This document shows, piece by piece, positions 13,401 to 27,340 of a DNA stretch of 64,000 nt; positions within the stretch are counted from its first letter, which is position 1; each line of letters starts with the position of its first letter. Under the pieces are notes generated by a model, which was not told the DNA's origin, did no database searches, and saw nothing but the letters and a program-made list of their open reading frames with translations. The stretch comes from Klebsormidium nitens. Lineage: Eukaryota; Plantae; Klebsormidiophyceae. The stretch lies in contig DF236974.1 of the NCBI GenBank assembly GCA_000708835.1, positions 301,208 to 365,207 of the forward strand, written 5' to 3'. The translations under genes were made by a program, and so were the position numbers.

Positions 13401-14229
13401 GGAATCAGACACATCTAAAAGTGAGGAGCTTGGGGTGGTCGAAAGTGAAAATTATGTTCATTGATGTGCTCGGAATGCGACCAGAGGGCATCAGATTTTC
13501 GATGAGTATTGATTGATGCTCAAAAGCACATGCTCCCAATCAACAAAACTTAGAAAGACCTCCGCACACCTGCATGAGGAGCGCCTCCACCGGCGTGGGC
13601 GACACAGGCAGCCCGCGCGCCAGCTGCTGAAACTCCTGGAACACCTGCCGGAACTCCGCCGCCTGCGCCACGCTGTCCGCCCGGAAACTCACGCGCCGAT
13701 CCTTCCCCCCCCCACTGCGCCCGCTGCGCTCTTCCCCCCCAAGTGCAACCACATCTCGCACGCGCTGCTTGCAGCCATCGAGCAGCTCTCGGAATGTGAC
13801 CTTGTCCCTTGCTTGTCTCAGAAGGTTGTGCACAACTTTGCCGAACCCGCTGGTTTGGATCTTAACCACCCTGGCTGAATCGTTCTTCTGAGCTTCGGGG
13901 GCATCGCTGCTGTCGCGCTGAGGTGAGCGCTCATCGAGCGAGTGCAATGTACCCTCCTCGACCATGTCTTCAAACCGCTCACTATCAACGAAGGCGTGGG
14001 CATCAACAACCGAGGCTCCACCGTCGACTGGATTGCCTTCATCCTGGTAGAAACATGCTTCTTCTTCGTCCATGCTCAAGAGCCGGTTGTGTGCACTCCG
14101 CCCGTCAAGTGCTTGGAAGTGCTCGGCTGCAGAACGTACCTGCGATGCACCGCCGTTCATCTCCAAATGGAACTCAAACTCGTTGCTCTCCTCCGTTGAG
14201 CAATTGCGGGCAACTCCTCTATGATCCAT
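10435..14229 (-). CDS. Multi-exon protein of unknown function with a coiled coil and basic NLS-like segments
   Basis: Exons with GT-AG borders can be chained (approx. 14229-13571, 13234-13116, 12790-12699, 12630-12490, 11980-11796, 11310-11127, 10855-10435): ELQVENEQLKKKLKELQEAVS, KKKLVIRKQRASFLCDLAVEKRKRSKLK, APKRRRKE; no family recognised. Confidence 0.6.
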
Positions 14230-14827
14230 ACTACTCGGAATCCACTGCTTTCGCTACTAGTACTAGGGATATGCTCCTAAGTAGTAGAGATATTCAACAG
14301 TGACAATTATTTGCCGAGATTCAGAAGAGCGCAGGCCCAGCTGGTTTGGTCAGCAGGAAAAGCTCAGAACGCCTGACCTGCATGCCAAATGTTGCTGATA
14401 GGTATTTGTAGCCCGCACGCCCGCTCGAGCAGAGACTTATTAGTCGCCGCCAAAACCGACGGTCCTCACCCCCGGCTGCCTTTGCTGGTATACCGCTCGC
14501 GCGTGGGCCACCCGACACCAACATACAGACGGGCCCCGGGGTGGGTGTTCGGTTACCAGCGCCAGGTGCATGAGCCTTTAACCGTGCAGGCTCCCCGGTT
14601 GAGTCTGTCGGTTCAGGCCACCTGGAGTTGTACCAGCAACAGGCTAAACAACCGGCCGTCAGGGCCACTGGTGATGGGCGACTTTGCATTTGTGTTCAGC
14701 AGACTCTCGTCACTTTTAATACTAATAGTTCAGAGGTATCTTCGCATCCAAGGAGCAGGAAAGCCAGATTGTAGAGATTTGGTGAGCTGAGTAGGAACGC
14801 AGAAAGAGCCCTCTTTTAGCTGCCACC

Positions 14828-17800
14828 ATGTTCAAAAAGGCGTGCCCCGTCCACTCCTCGCATCGCCTGTCGGGGGCGGACCGCAAGAAGCTGCGGCGGG
14901 CGATGCGGGACAAGTTCCCAACTGCAAGTGAGGAGGACCTTGACACAATCCTGCCCGCCAAGGGGGCAGCGGAGGTGTCGGTGTCAAAGCTGGCCAATCG
15001 GTCGCTGCTGTACGGGGAAGACGGAGGGTTGCCGCTGCTATTTGACGGCGACGGGCGCGGGCATGATATTTTCCCAACAGGTGACAAGCTGGCTTGCTTT
15101 CGCATTGAAGGTTCAAGGATATGCATTCCAAGAATGAGTTTCCTTCTTCTTTGAAATATTGTCCCATTGCACAGTGGTGGCATTTAAACAACCTGGTTGC
15201 TTTGCCTGCTTGGATCTTTTGGTGGCATGATTGCTTTGCTTAATGTTTTCTATATATTCTGGACGTTCGGAGGGATCAAACCACCTCTGGTGGCAAGGCA
15301 TGTGATGGCTATGGAGTGCGAAACCTTTTTGGCTGGCTCCTTAGCCAGGTCTGCATGTTGCTGTCATTCTGCTTCTTCTGAAAGGCAATGCTGCCATAAG
15401 GAACTGCAGCTTTTACAGAAATGAAGCTCTCCGTTGTTTGGCACAATTGCTGGTTTCTCAGCTGAGTGGGACTTAACACCACCATGATATGGGTTTCATT
15501 TGCCCGTCCTGATGTTCCGCTTTTCCCGTCTTCATCAACATTTGTAGTTGACAGGACACACAGCTTTCGGAAGACAATCCAATCGCCAGTGTCAAAAAAT
15601 CATCATAGCATATGCCAAATCTGCATTGTTGGTAATGGTAGAAAGTTACGTTGTTGCGAACGAGGTGCATGCAAGCAATTGACATCAGAATGACACCTCC
15701 GCTTTGTATCTCATGCCCATGGTGAGTTGCTTCCTCTTTGGAGTTACTCGGGTCGTTTGGAGTTGTTGTTCTTCACATACCTGTGCGCTTCGAGGAGTCA
15801 AACTCACCATGAACTTTCAGAATCGAACGGTGCTGTGGCAGCACAATCAACCCGTTCATCTTTTTTATGAATAACCTTCCTCCGGGAGAAGCATTGAAAA
15901 CATTGTAGCCGTTCTACTTTGGCAGGCAGTACCTGATGTTATCCTCTTTTAACTGAGGCTGAAACACCTTCAAATCTGTTTGGCTGAAATGCAACATTTT
16001 GGTCTATGCTGATTACAGTAATAAATCGACAACAGGATCAAAGTTGCGGGACAGAAATTGCTTTTGAAAATATCAATCTCTGTTTTTCTAATGAAACATT
16101 TTTTGGAGTCAGTCAGGCTGAATCTATTGCTCAAAGCCACCTTTGGTTCTCCCCCCAGTGTACGCGCTCTGGAAGATCCCCAACCTGCTCCCCTCCTTCA
16201 CCCTCAAGGGCGGCGAAGTCAGCCCCTACATCCTCAGCGGCGCCGACCTCATGTTCCCGGGGGTTAGAGTCCCTACCGAGGGGCTCCCCCCGTTTGCGGC
16301 CGGCGAGATCTACTCAGTCCGGGTGCCTGGAAACCCCTTCCCGATTGCCGTCGGAACCACGGCGTCGAGCAGTGCGGAAGCGGAGAAGAACGGGTTCAGG
16401 GGGAAGGCGCTGAAGGTGTATCACTACTACCGGGATGCTTTGTGGGATCTTCCAGAGGGGAAGTATTCGCCGAATGAGGGCTTTGGAGAGAAGATGGTGA
16501 TGGGTATCGGGGCAGGCGAGGAGGCTGGAAACGCAGAGGCGCCGGATGGGGGCAATGAGAACGGAGACGCGAATGTGCACGAAGGAAGTGGAGAAAGTTT
16601 ACATGAAGAGGGGAGCGATTCAGGGCTCGAGCGAGAAGTGGAAGGGTTGACAATTGACGGAGCGCAAGCAGGGGGGCCGGGCAGGGAACTAGAGGGGGGA
16701 GAGAAAGGGGAGACAGAAACAGAAGGGGAGAAAGCGGCGGCGGCGATGCGGCCGGAAGAGATGGACAGGTTGCTGGACGAGTGTCTGCTGCAGGCGCTGT
16801 ACACGACGGTGAAGGACAAGGACCTGCCGATGCCGGCTGGAAACCTGTGGTGCGTCCTTTGGTTTGTAGATCTGACAAAACTTTCTTGCTAAGTTTCAAT
16901 GATTGCGCTCTTCAAATCTGTATGGCCGACTTCCATCGAATATGAAAGTATCAGTTCGACTCTCTGCCGGAATGAGAAAAGTGAACCGGTGGCCGAATCC
17001 GCGTTGGTGTAGATTGAGGCGAATAATTGTGGACCCTAAAGGCTGCAATATATTGGCAGGTGAACCAAATCCTCAGTTACAAGAAAGACTGGCTTCTTTA
17101 CTCATGATTAAATGGAAGTTCTATACAGGAGAACGCATGCTTCCCCTTGCTTTTGGCGTTTGCAAAGAAGTTTTGTTACCCGCTACGTGTGTTCGGGACA
17201 CAAAGTGACTCACGAGAACTGTCCCTCTTCCTTACATTCGGCTTTCTGAAGAAACTAGTTTTGACGCGACCGTGCACTTCCTTTGCAGGAGTCATCATGT
17301 GCTGCCGGCCCGGCCCCCCGACGCGCATGTTGACATCAAAAAGTCGACCCACAAGAAGCTCTCGAAGTGGCTCCAAGCGAAGGCGACCGACGGCCTGGTA
17401 AGCCCCGCACGTCGAGGACTCCGCTTACTTTTGCCCTCAAACGGACGAACCTGCGATTTGCATTTGCTGTCGGACGGCTTCAGTCATCCGTTAATCGAAC
17501 CAGGTTGGATTCGTTTGACACAGGTGATCCCTCTTGGAGAGGTTGCTCAGCCATACGCTGTTGTCAGATTGGACCAACGAGTAAAAGCACGCGGATGCCG
17601 GTGTTTTGCGAAAACATTCTCTCAGGAAGGACTTGTCCGCATACCCTATCCTGATGGGTGAGGCCAACCGCCTTCGGATCTACTTTTCGACACTCCTCCG
17701 CTCGGGTCGCCTACGTCCGACGGGTCTGGTGATGACAAATTGCAGACATCTTACCCTCGATGTCGAAAGCTTTTTAGTTCGTTGTTCGGGAACATACATG

Positions 17801-20800
17801 AACTGTCAGCACTAGATGCTGAAAATCCTGTGGTTCAGGTGAAGGTGAAGGAGGACAAGCACCGCAAGGAGCTGATGCTGCTGAGCGTCGACCGGGGCCA
17901 TGCGGAGTACCGGGCGTACCACCCGGTCAAGCGGGCGCAAACCGCCGAGGGGGCAGCGCAGCCAGCGGCGTCGACATCGGAGGCTGACGGGCAGCAGCTA
18001 GAGGTCAGACGTGAAGCGCTTGTTGATTCAAACCTGTTTCTTTGGCCTCGCAAAGAGATTACGCTGGCGTCGTACTGTGCTGTGGTCCGGTTGGTGCTTC
18101 TGTTTTCTGGTTGTTCGTACATCTATTTTGGAATCGTGGACCCTTTGAACCTCTGATCTTGAGGTGCATGTCAAGCCTTGAATTTCATTCAAGGCAGAGA
18201 TAGTCGACCGAACGGCTAGTCAATCTGCAGAATCAGGTCCAATCTTCAAACCCGTAATATGAAGCTTTCCTTAGATTCCTCCCCATGTTTGCAGGTGGTT
18301 GAGGTGTTCAAGCCGGTGAAGGAAGTGAACGCCATCTTGCAAGCAGTGGGGGCTGACCCGTCGGCTTACTACAGCCCCCAGGAGGTCTTCGCGCTGGTCA
18401 TGCAGTACGTACAAGAACAGGTGCGTGCATTTGAGGCCGCCTTATCCGGATTCGCCTGTCGAGCCTACTAGGTACCCGTTGAGATCGTTTTGGCTATCCG
18501 TGCGGACTCGTTGACTTTGTCGACGTCACACAGTCTACCTGCGCTGACAATCCGCGGCTGTGGGGCATTGCGTCAGCCTTGAAACCCTGACAATGATGAT
18601 CTTTTTCGCATCAGGTCCTCGTCACTCATAAGAGCTCTGACAATGCTTTTCGTTCTGATCACTCTTTCGGGACTGTAAACCAAGTATATGAACCAGAAGG
18701 TGAAGAGTATGCTTGAGGCTGGCTGCACTAAAACTGCTAGTTGCATAGTCCGGAAGTCTAATATTGTGCTTATGTGCAGAATCTGGAAAAGCCCTCGGAT
18801 CGGACGACGATTGTTCTGGACGCGCCTCTTTGCGACGCTCTTTACAAGGTGAGCGCTGCTCCAGACGTGCGCAGCGGAGAAGCCCAATGCTTGAAAGGCT
18901 TCCAAAGTCTGTGCTGCGCTGCTTTATTCTGCTGAAAATTTTGGCGGTAGCGAAGGGCAGCGTCTTGAAGGATCTAGAGCTTCAGCGGGTTGACGATGCG
19001 CTCTCTGTATCGTGACTCTGGTTAATCATCATCTTTGTCTATCTTCGTACTTGAAAATCTCCTGCTCTGGAAGCGACTTTGGGCAAAATGCACTGACTCA
19101 CTATCCACGACTAGGTGTGCTTGGTACCATCCTATTGGGACTTCGGTGGCCAACTAAGAAGCCAAAACATCTGTTTCGTTACTTCGCTTCTAGATGAATA
19201 GCAGAAGAACACGGAATAGCGTGCACAACAACTCGCCGACTCGGGTCTCGTAGCATCTGCGAAGCTCCGAAGGACTAGAGTCTGCTCCAGCCCACAGCAT
19301 CTGCGCTGGGTATTCGAGGCACTGGAAATCGACCGCTCAAAACAGTCCGGGTTTGTAATCGACTTGACGCTATCGAGCGCAGCACAAGCTGAATTTTCGA
19401 CGAGATGCATGGAATGGGTTAGGGCCACTAACCTCGGCGTCCATATGTCCAGGGCAAGGTAAAGAAGGGCGACACGTACCCGTCGGAGGTCCCCAAAGCG
19501 AACGTGGGGCGGGAGTTCCTGGCGCGGTTTCAGGCGCACCATCGAGTCTCTCGGGGGGACAAATCAGCCACGCGGTGAGGCCCCCGAATCGTCTCGATTT
19601 TGAGCTTCAAGAAAGGATCCCCAGGGATGGTACACAATCTGAAATGAATGTTGAGCAAATTGTTTCTCCCCGTGTCAATGAACGTTGCGGATGATGTGAA
19701 GAGCTGGTCGCATCGTTTGCTATTTGAGGAAGAGGCCGGTCATACCAGAGGTGGAGATGCCGTGAGAAAGTTTCGACGATTTCGAGGCGTTGGATATGGC
19801 TGCTTATGCGAGGCGTTGGATGTGGCTGATTATGCGGTCGGCTTCTGCCTCAAGAATCGGGTTCTGCTGTTCAGTATCTAAGAGTCACGCTTATTGGATT
19901 CCAGAGTCATTGCGCAAAGCACCTGATTTTGGTGACTCCAGGTTTTTGTTCAAGTACATGTGGCTCCGACGCTCTGCACCTTATTCTACGACTCCCTTTA
20001 GTTCGACGGAAGATGTCATGTTAGACTCATTCGTTTCTGGCCGTTGCAGGAAGGGCGCTCTGAAGAACATGCAGATCGTGGCGGAGCAGCGACAAGGCCG
20101 CAAGAAAGTGACCAAAGTCACGGGGCTCGAGGTAAAAGGCCCTCTCTCCCAGCCACTAGGGTTCCTGTGCGTACCTCGTGTTAACATATGAGATTTTTGG
20201 CTGAGGCCCGTCCGGTCAACGGGCGTACACTTTTGACCATATTTTCACTCGGTTCAGCTTCTGGCCATAGCGCTGGAGCTTGGGAGCATTTTGCAAACCA
20301 TGTGATTCCATCCTCTGCCCCTAGGCTCGTTCCGGTCGCATTTCTCGTGTACTCATTACTGGCCTGCGGGTTAGCCTCTGCAGCTTTTGAGTCTGCTGGC
20401 ATCCATGGCTATCGAGTTCCCGGCCTTACGCCTTCGCCCCCCGACGAGCCGCCGGAATGAAGTGTCGCTCTTTCTGGCAGCAGCCCGCTTGCCAACGCGC
20501 TTCTGAAAGCTTCCTGACGAAGAATGGTTTCTGAAGGTTTCGGCTCCTGTTGCAGTCGTTCCTGGTGGATCCGGAGCGCCTCGCCGAGGAGCTGCAGCGC
20601 AAGTTCGCCAGCAGCAGTACGGTGCAAGAGGTACCCGGTACGTTAACCCGGTCGCCTACGTCGAAATGAAGTTGTGTCGCCGGTAGCGCCGATGGACGCT
20701 ATTCCTAGCTGCCGTGCAAAGTCACGTGGTTGATCTCGCCGTCTTGACCGACTTTGGGCTTGATGAAGCGTAAAAGGAGAGACGCAGATGCACACTAATT

Positions 20801-21673
20801 TGGGCTGCCGACTCAAGACTGGTAAACTTTCGGCGGCTGAGTAGCCTTTAATCGGTGATAGTCGCCGCAATCAGCATGCACTGATTTGCTGCGACTATCT
20901 GGGATTGCGCGTCTTCGAGGACGCCACAACTGTCGGGCATTACTCACGGAGGGAGTGACTCAATTGCGGGCGTGCATAATGACCTGTCAGGTCAGCTGGA
21001 CCTTTGAACCCGGGGCTTATACCCCATGCTAGTCGGCCTGGCACTTGCGCGCTTTCATCAAAGCGCACATTGCTGGGAAGCTTATCAAGCCGTCTTGGGT
21101 CCTATCTGTTCGGTCCGAGTTCACTTCAACCTTTGACAGATCCCGACGCCCACAGTAAACGGGAGTGCGTTGTGGTTGCGTGCAGGCAAGAAGGACGCGT
21201 CCGAGGTGCTGGTCCAGGGGGGCGTGTTGGAGGACCTGGGGCGGTACCTGGTGCAGCAGTACGGGATTCCCAAAAAGTACATCGAGGTGAGGGCTTGACG
21301 GCGTGTCAGATTCCTGGATCGCGTTTTGGACCGTGCAACGTGGACTGAGCACTATGTTGGTGCCGAAGGGAAAGTATGAGGAGCCGAGGTAAACGGTATC
21401 CGTCTCTCAGGGATGGTGCTTCACTACGGGGGTTGACTTGTAGGATTGATTGAAAGAGTCCGGCAATCTGAGTCGACAACCAGACTTGAGCAATGTGGCT
21501 CTACCCTGCTAGAGCAGCCTCCAAGGAATGGGTCAGATCCTCGTTTTGCCATAGCTTCAGTCATAACGTCATACGATTGGCAGAGGTACAGGGTACGGTC
21601 GGTGATGCATCCCTCAATGCTGATTCCCTTCGTAACTTCTTCGCAGATCATGGACAAGACGAAGCGCCACTGA
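14828..21673 (+). CDS. EIF2D: Eukaryotic translation initiation factor 2D (ligatin; PUA, SWIB/MDM2 and SUI1 domains), about 11 exons
   Basis: MFKKACPVHSSHRLSGADRKKLRR, PUA region ILSGADLMFPGV, DIKKSTHKKLSKWLQ, IVLDAPLCDALYK, SUI1 region EQRQGRKKVTKVTGLE...LQRKFASS...EVLVQG...GIPKKYIE|IMDKTKRH*. Confidence 0.95.
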
Positions 21674-22769
21674 AGAGGCGCATGCTTATGAGAGACATAC
21701 GGATTCTTGGGCCTTTCAGCGTGTACGTCTCTTAGTCATTAGATTATGCACGCGACTTGGCGTCCTATTCACTTCAAATGTACGTTCCAGACCGTTGACA
21801 GTCCCTTGCGTAGTGTGGGCAGTGTGGAAGCATTTCTATCAAATGCTGCGCACGCCTGTGCCGGAATCGCTGGGGCGGCCCGTCACTTTCAACATGTCCA
21901 TTTCATGTAATTGAATTTGGTCGGGTGTGGCCTTTTCAACTGTTTGCCTTCTCCAGTGATAAGAAGATATCCGTCTTGTGTCGAATTCATGGCCAAAGTC
22001 AATGTTGTGGAGCTTGCATACCGCGCACATGCGGCTCTTATGAAACTGTTTCTATCCGCTCGACTCAATTTGCCAGCCGGGAGCTCAGCTAATTGACGGT
22101 CATTGACGGCCCCCATGTCGAGTCTTACATGCCGAAATTCTGAATCATTAGTATCCCAAGGCCAATCCGATCCCGGCAGTATCTCCAACATGTAAGACGC
22201 TGCAGATCTGCTGGTGCAATCCAAACCAGGTATCCCCATGAAACAGCGAATTGACCAGATGTCATGCTCCGCCCACACGTGCCTAAAGTTTGCTCAAACC
22301 CAATTCTGACTGCGACATTGTGCGTACCAACATGGGGAAGGATCAATGCAAGACTATCATTGCATGGATCACACAGAAGTATAAGAAGGTACGATATGGC
22401 GCATGCATCTGCATGGGATATATGGGCGATAAAGGATGATATCAGGATCATCAGGACACACAGGCTAAATCAAGATCGAGTCTCTCGTTTTCGAAGGGTT
22501 CTAGCTCTTCGCAAAAGCGGTCTAACATTAGATGGGCCTCCAACAGCTCAGGCAAGATGAGATCTGCATCAAGGTGGAGCATGTTTATGGTCAATTCAGG
22601 CCTAAGGTTTGCCCCCTGAGCCCTTTCTAACTTCCTTATTGCAATCAAGGCCCCGCATCCGAGTCCGCACTTATCCACGTCTCTAGATTACGGAACTGTC
22701 ATATCCGTCCGTACGTGTGCTCGCCGCGTAGCTCGTTCTTACCTATGTACGTGTCAAGATCAGCCGAGG

Positions 22770-23780
22770 TTATTCTGCCCTCGCAGCTTCTTCAGCTTCC
22801 TGGGCCGACGCAACCGCTTTCAGAATCGCATTCTCCCTATACGCACAATAAATCGCAAAAGCCGGTGCCGGTCCCAGAAGGAGCGCCCCGGCCATGGTGC
22901 CCAGCGCCGCCCGAGGCCCGTCCTCGAGCAGCGCGAAATACACAGACAAAAGAGTGAGGCCAACGAGATCTAGCATGAAGAACCACACGGCAATTTCTGA
23001 CGTGTCTGCGAACCCCTCTGACGTCAGCAGCCTCAGCGCTTGCGAGAATAGCGTCCGATCATTGACAAGGAGCACGCGAGTGCGCATGCGCCAGAGCGCG
23101 CCAAGGGCGGCCGCGGCCAGGTAGTTGACCCGCGACGCGGCCCGCAGCCGGCGGTGGCGGAGGCTCGAACCGGGCGGACTACCGCGCCGCAAAGAGTACG
23201 TCACGCCCAGTACCCAACAAGTAACCAAGATTCTGATTGCGTCGAAAAAGCGTTCAAAGGCCTGCTGCAGCCAAATGGCCCTATGCGCGAGTGCCATGGT
23301 CCGCAGGCTGGAAAAGAGGACGACACAAGCACCCGAGGTGCCGAAACTAAAGCGGATCAGAGTGAGCACACCCCCGGTGGAGCTCCCTCTGGGCCCGCGC
23401 GCGCACAGGTAGGAAGGCAGCCAGATCAGAGCGAACGACGCGCTCGCGCCAATGCATGCTAGCAAGAGCTAAAGGAGGGGCAGCGCCACAAGGGGAGCCC
23501 AGCGCGCGCGCGTTCTGGGGAACTCAATAATTGCAAGCAGCGCCCAGACAAAGACCAGAAAGGAGAGCTCCCCAAAGACTGTGAACCCAACCGGATGGTT
23601 CACCCCGGCCGCAAAGGCCCCCCAAGCTTGGAAGAAGAGGTTGCTGACAAAGCCCCGCGCGTCGTTGGCGCTGCTTTTGGTGAAGGCGGGCGCGAGGAGT
23701 GGTGCTCTGAGGAGGAGGCACACAAGTCCAAGCAAGACAGCTGGCGCGGACGCTAGCATGGGGCCAATGGAAAGCGCCAT
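22770..23780 (-). pseudogene. Intronless membrane protein paralog B with one in-frame nonsense codon (TAG at 23471-23469)
   Basis: ORFs 23469..23780 and 22770..23465 share a frame; the stop aligns to Gln in paralog C (VPLLQLL vs LPLL*LL). Confidence 0.8.
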
Positions 23781-25131
23781 GGAAAGGGTATCTGACAGAC
23801 CTCATTCGAAGCACCTTGCGAGGAGAGCGATCGCAAAGAAAGCCTCTAAATGAAAGCGGAAGGAGGCCCAGAATCAGGCGCAGGGAATGAGAAGCTGAAG
23901 ACTGGGGGAATGGGAATCTTTTTGAAAGGATGGGCGTTCAGCTTGATATCACTGATTAAGGAATTACGAATGCTGTGACCGAACAGCTCATATCCCGGTC
24001 GCTTTCACTGACCCGCTATTCATGCAGCAATCAAAAAGCCACGTGGCAGCGACTAGGAGTCTTGATCGAGATTCCCGTCAAACCAATGTTCGGATCCCCG
24101 AGGACGAATCGAACTCGTTGAATGCATCTCGACTCGAAGGCTTGCACAATGTTGGAAAAGTCCCCTGCACGAGGTGTACGAACACGAAGTGTCAACCTTG
24201 AGTAAGAACGGATCTTCGCGGACTAGGATTGTGCGGATGGCATTACGTACAGTACTTGGCCGACCCCTCTACACTAACGCCGTCTCTTGAGAGCATCGAA
24301 TTCGGGCCTGTCAGTATTACTGGGCTGATCTTTCTCCTCTGTGCTCGAAGCTCGAGGCCGGTGCGAGCGCGTATCAACGAGGTTTGTCGAAAGACCTTCG
24401 CGCTTCTTGTGTGCGCTTAAAGATTAAATAGACTAATAGAACACCTAGTGGCACAATTGCCACGCTTAACGATTTGCTGGGGCCACAATTTGCTGGGGCC
24501 ACAAGAGATTCACCAGCCAGGCTGTTTGATCACGCCGGCCTCAGGAGTGTCAAGTACCGTGTGCAGCGGTCCATTTTAGCATGGCTTCACGTGTCCACTA
24601 TGCAGAACTGCAAATAATGTAGTCGATTTTGTGTCAGCGGAACCGACAATCTTCTGCGCTCCAGAATCTCATACAATTTGCATCACCTTGCAATTCACTA
24701 GGCGGTTCCAGATCGGGCGAAGATTGACCTGCGGTGATTTGCAGGTTTCGAACCCGTCATAAAGCATACGTATCTTTATTGTGTCCTCTTGAAATCTATA
24801 TGATCGTTAAGCACGCAGGTACACTTGCTGCAGGCAGTGAGGCGCTGTGTGACATCATGGAACATCGTGTTACCAGATTAAAGCAGTCGTGAAACCGGAT
24901 TGGAATGTGCAAGCGCTGCCATCAACGTATTTATTTTGAAGCATGTATATCATACAGGCGGGAGACCCATAGAAGGCTTATAAGCGTTTGCCATCTATGC
25001 TATTTTAGCTTTTGGGTTGCATCAGAGCCCGACATGACCCGCATCTGTGTACATTCTTATTGCAGAAAGCCCAGGTCTCGGTCCCCAGCTCGTCTTTATC
25101 TATGTGCGTAGTAACCAACTCTTAATCCACA

Positions 25132-26169
25132 TTATGCTGCTTTCGCAATTTGGTCATCTTTACGGACCGACGCACGTACCGCTTTTGCAATCTCATTCTC
25201 CCTGTATGCACAGTACAGCGCAAAAGCGGGTGCCGGCCCCAGAAGGAGCGCCCCGGCCAGGGTGCGCAACGCCACCCGAGGCCCGTCCTCTAGCAGGGCG
25301 AAGTACACAAACAGGAGAGTGAAACTAATCAGATCTAGCATGGAGAACCACACGGCTGCCTCTGACGTGTCTGCGAACCCCTCTGACGTCAGCAGCCTCA
25401 ACGCTTGAGACCAGGCTTGAGACGGAAGCGTCGGATCTTTGTACAGGAGCACGAGAGTGAGCGCGCGCCAAAGCGCGCTGAAGGCGGCTGCGACCAGGTA
25501 GTTTTTCCGCGTCAGAATTGCTAGAGTGGGTCCCGAGTTTCTCGCTACGCCGAATATCCAAAAAAGAGTAATGAGAGGGCCGTTGCTCCAGTCAAAGAAT
25601 TTTTGAAAGCCCCGCATTACCCAAGCGGCCCTATGCGCGAATGACAGAGCCATCAGGTTGAAGTGAAGCACGTAAAATGAAAAAAGCGTGCTAAAACCCC
25701 AGCGGTACCGACCGAGCAGGGTCCCAGAGGAGCTTCGGTCGGGCGCGCGCGCGCGCAGGTAGAACGGCAACCAGCCCAAAGCAAAGGACGCGCTCGCGCT
25801 GAGAGAGGCTGGAAGGAGCTGAAGAAGGGGCACCGCCACGAGAGCTGCCCAGCTGAGAAAACCAGTCATCCTTTTGCAGGGCGTTCGTACTCTTAGGCAC
25901 TCAGTCATTCCAAGCAGCACGTAGATGGGGACCAGGAAGCAGAGCTCTCCGAGGACTATATAGCCGACTGGATGGTTCACCCCGCCCTCAACGGCACCCC
26001 ATATCTCAGAAACGAGGTGGCTGGAAAGACCTCGCAAGCCATTGTCGTTGTTGGCTGGGAGGATCTTGGTGAGCTTAGGCGCCAGGGTTGCTGCTCTGAT
26101 GGAAAGACATATCAGTCCAAGCAAGGCAGCGGGCGCGCAAGTAGATACGCTCCACTGGGATTGCGCCAT
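25132..26169 (-). CDS. Intronless multi-pass membrane protein, paralog C
   Basis: 345-aa hydrophobic ORF with the family motifs (GVNHPVGYIVLGEL; LDLISFTLLFVYFALLEDG; LLLGPAPAFALYCAYRE); 3' half visibly similar to B at DNA level. Confidence 0.85.
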   Translation of the reverse strand: MAQSQWSVSTCAPAALLGLICLSIRAATLAPKLTKILPANNDNGLRGLSSHLVSEIWGAVEGGVNHPVGYIVLGELCFLVPIYVLLGMTECLRVRTPCKRMTGFLSWAALVAVPLLQLLPASLSASASFALGWLPFYLRARAPDRSSSGTLLGRYRWGFSTLFSFYVLHFNLMALSFAHRAAWVMRGFQKFFDWSNGPLITLFWIFGVARNSGPTLAILTRKNYLVAAAFSALWRALTLVLLYKDPTLPSQAWSQALRLLTSEGFADTSEAAVWFSMLDLISFTLLFVYFALLEDGPRVALRTLAGALLLGPAPAFALYCAYRENEIAKAVRASVRKDDQIAKAA

Positions 26170-27340
26170 GGTAGCGTCAGCCCAGAGACCTGCTCATGTG
26201 ATGCTTATTCAAAATTTTGCAAAAGAAAGCTCTAGCACAAAGCGAGGGGAGGAGGGCAGTGGAGATTGAAGCGCCAGCAAGGAGGCAGCATCTGAAGGAG
26301 GGCGGTCTAGAAATCTGTCTGCGGTCTGCCGACAATTTGCGCATGCTATGATATAAGCTGTCGCGATCGCGTCATGTGACATGCAGCAATGATGAACGCC
26401 ATGGGGTGCAGCGGTTTGATATACGTCGGGAGATCCTAGTCAAATCAGTGCGGTGGACCCCGAGAACCAAGCCGCAGGATGCTTTTTGACTCGCAGCCTT
26501 TGCACGATATTGTAGACCCTCGATCATTAAGCGAAACAATCATTACGTATGTATAGATTCCTATGAGAATCCTGCACTTCGATTAGACAATCAGCACGGT
26601 GGACTTGCTGTAACCACTTCTAGATATTTTGGCTAGAATCATTGACTTGACTTCGAGTAGGTATGTAAAAGCTCGAGTCTTTACATCTAGCAGCTTCTCA
26701 AGCAAGTTGAGAACAATGTTTCATCTGTAGATGATGACCCCTCATGGTTCAGAAAAGAACGTAATGACGCGCGCGGCGCCAGTGGAATTACAAAAACCTT
26801 CCACACTTTACTGAAGCTGTCGATCTCGCTGAATTCCATTCATTACTCCACTCCTTCGTTTCTATTTCAATTGAACGGACATAGTATCACCAAACGACTA
26901 TGTACTCTGGTCATTTGAAGGACAGGATCATAGCCAATCCAAGTGCAGCGGCCATTTGAAACGGTGAATTCGTTAGTGAACTGCAACATTCGGAGCTTTC
27001 AATTGATACGTCTTGACGGTGTGCTTTGAAATGCATCAGAAGAAGCGGTGATCCGACAGCAAACCAATCGATCAGGCTGTGAGAACGCCTTGATGCTTTC
27101 TGAGAACTTGGTTTCTTTTACAACCAACCTGAATGGATTGCTAGTGACCCTCTTCGAACTAGGGCAGATTGCAATCTCGCCTAGTCTTCTGCAGCACCAG
27201 AAGATACGGACAGATGGCACACGGCCGTTCCTGCCTGACTCGGCTTCTCTAGTACCCTGCCCGAATTGGTGTCCTCGAGTTTCATGTGGGCATCATCTGT
27301 TTTTTTGAGTCTTACAAAAAGAAACCTTAGGTAGGAGCAC

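Noticed and set aside
21889-22678. Short minus-strand ORFs between eIF2D and paralog B
   Set aside because: No family motif and no consistent splice chain
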